A stretch of DNA of 62,594 nucleotides from an uncultured Clostridia bacterium (GTDB taxonomy: Bacteria; Bacillota; Clostridia; Christensenellales; UBA1242). The notes beneath the pieces were generated by a model, which saw nothing but the letters and a program-made list of their open reading frames with translations, was not told the origin of the DNA and searched no databases. The DNA lies in contig CALNBM010000066.1 in the NCBI GenBank assembly GCA_937874195.1, positions 1-62,594 on the forward strand, written 5' to 3'. Numbering within the stretch: the first letter of the stretch is position 1; each line of letters starts with the position of its first letter. Of this stretch, positions 62,543-62,594 are shown in pieces. The position numbers were made by a program, and so were the translations under genes.

Positions 62543-62594
62543 GTTTGAGAGTAGTGTAATTTAGGATGGGTCTTAAACTACTATTCGTGGGAAT
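62543..62594 (+). CRISPR. First repeat (36 nt) and start of the first spacer of a type II-A CRISPR array, truncated by the window edge
   Basis: GTTTGAGAGTAGTGTAATTTAGGATGGGTCTTAAAC (62543-62578) has the GTTT...AAAC ends and 36-nt length typical of II-A repeats. It lies directly after csn2. Only one full repeat is visible, so the array itself is inferred. Confidence 0.7.

Overview
AT-rich (roughly 30% G+C by eye, not computed) chromosomal segment of a low-GC Bacillota-type bacterium using the standard code (TGA is a stop). It starts next to the replication origin: dnaN, dnaA and recF on the minus strand, then gyrB, gyrA, mnmE and ileS on the plus strand. It continues through mostly housekeeping genes: spo0A, spoVG, murC, a DnaD/DnaB-like gene plus dnaI, radC, degV, tex, a CadC/ArsR regulator with a P1B-ATPase, a vanW-family gene, mscL, eno, efp, and the cluster mrnC-rlmB-sigH-like-dnaX-ybaB-recR. 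It ends in a complete type II-A CRISPR-Cas module: cas9-cas1-cas2-csn2, a leader and the first 36-nt repeat, with the array cut by the window edge. I recognised no rRNA, tRNA, transposase, integrase or prophage genes. I see no convincing evidence for a wholly new multi-gene system. The items most worth a second look are: (1) the II-A locus, with a long 1489-aa Cas9 and a candidate antisense tracrRNA inside the csn2-array leader; (2) a Spo0A whose receiver domain lacks the phospho-acceptor Asp; (3) four same-orientation DnaA boxes in a convergent intergenic spacer 35 kb from dnaA; (4) dnaX split by a +1 frame break; (5) several tandem or dispersed intergenic repeats and orphan promoter-terminator units that look like sRNAs; (6) unusual Cys-rich proteins. 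All coordinates and motifs were read by eye from the sequence. No database search was possible.
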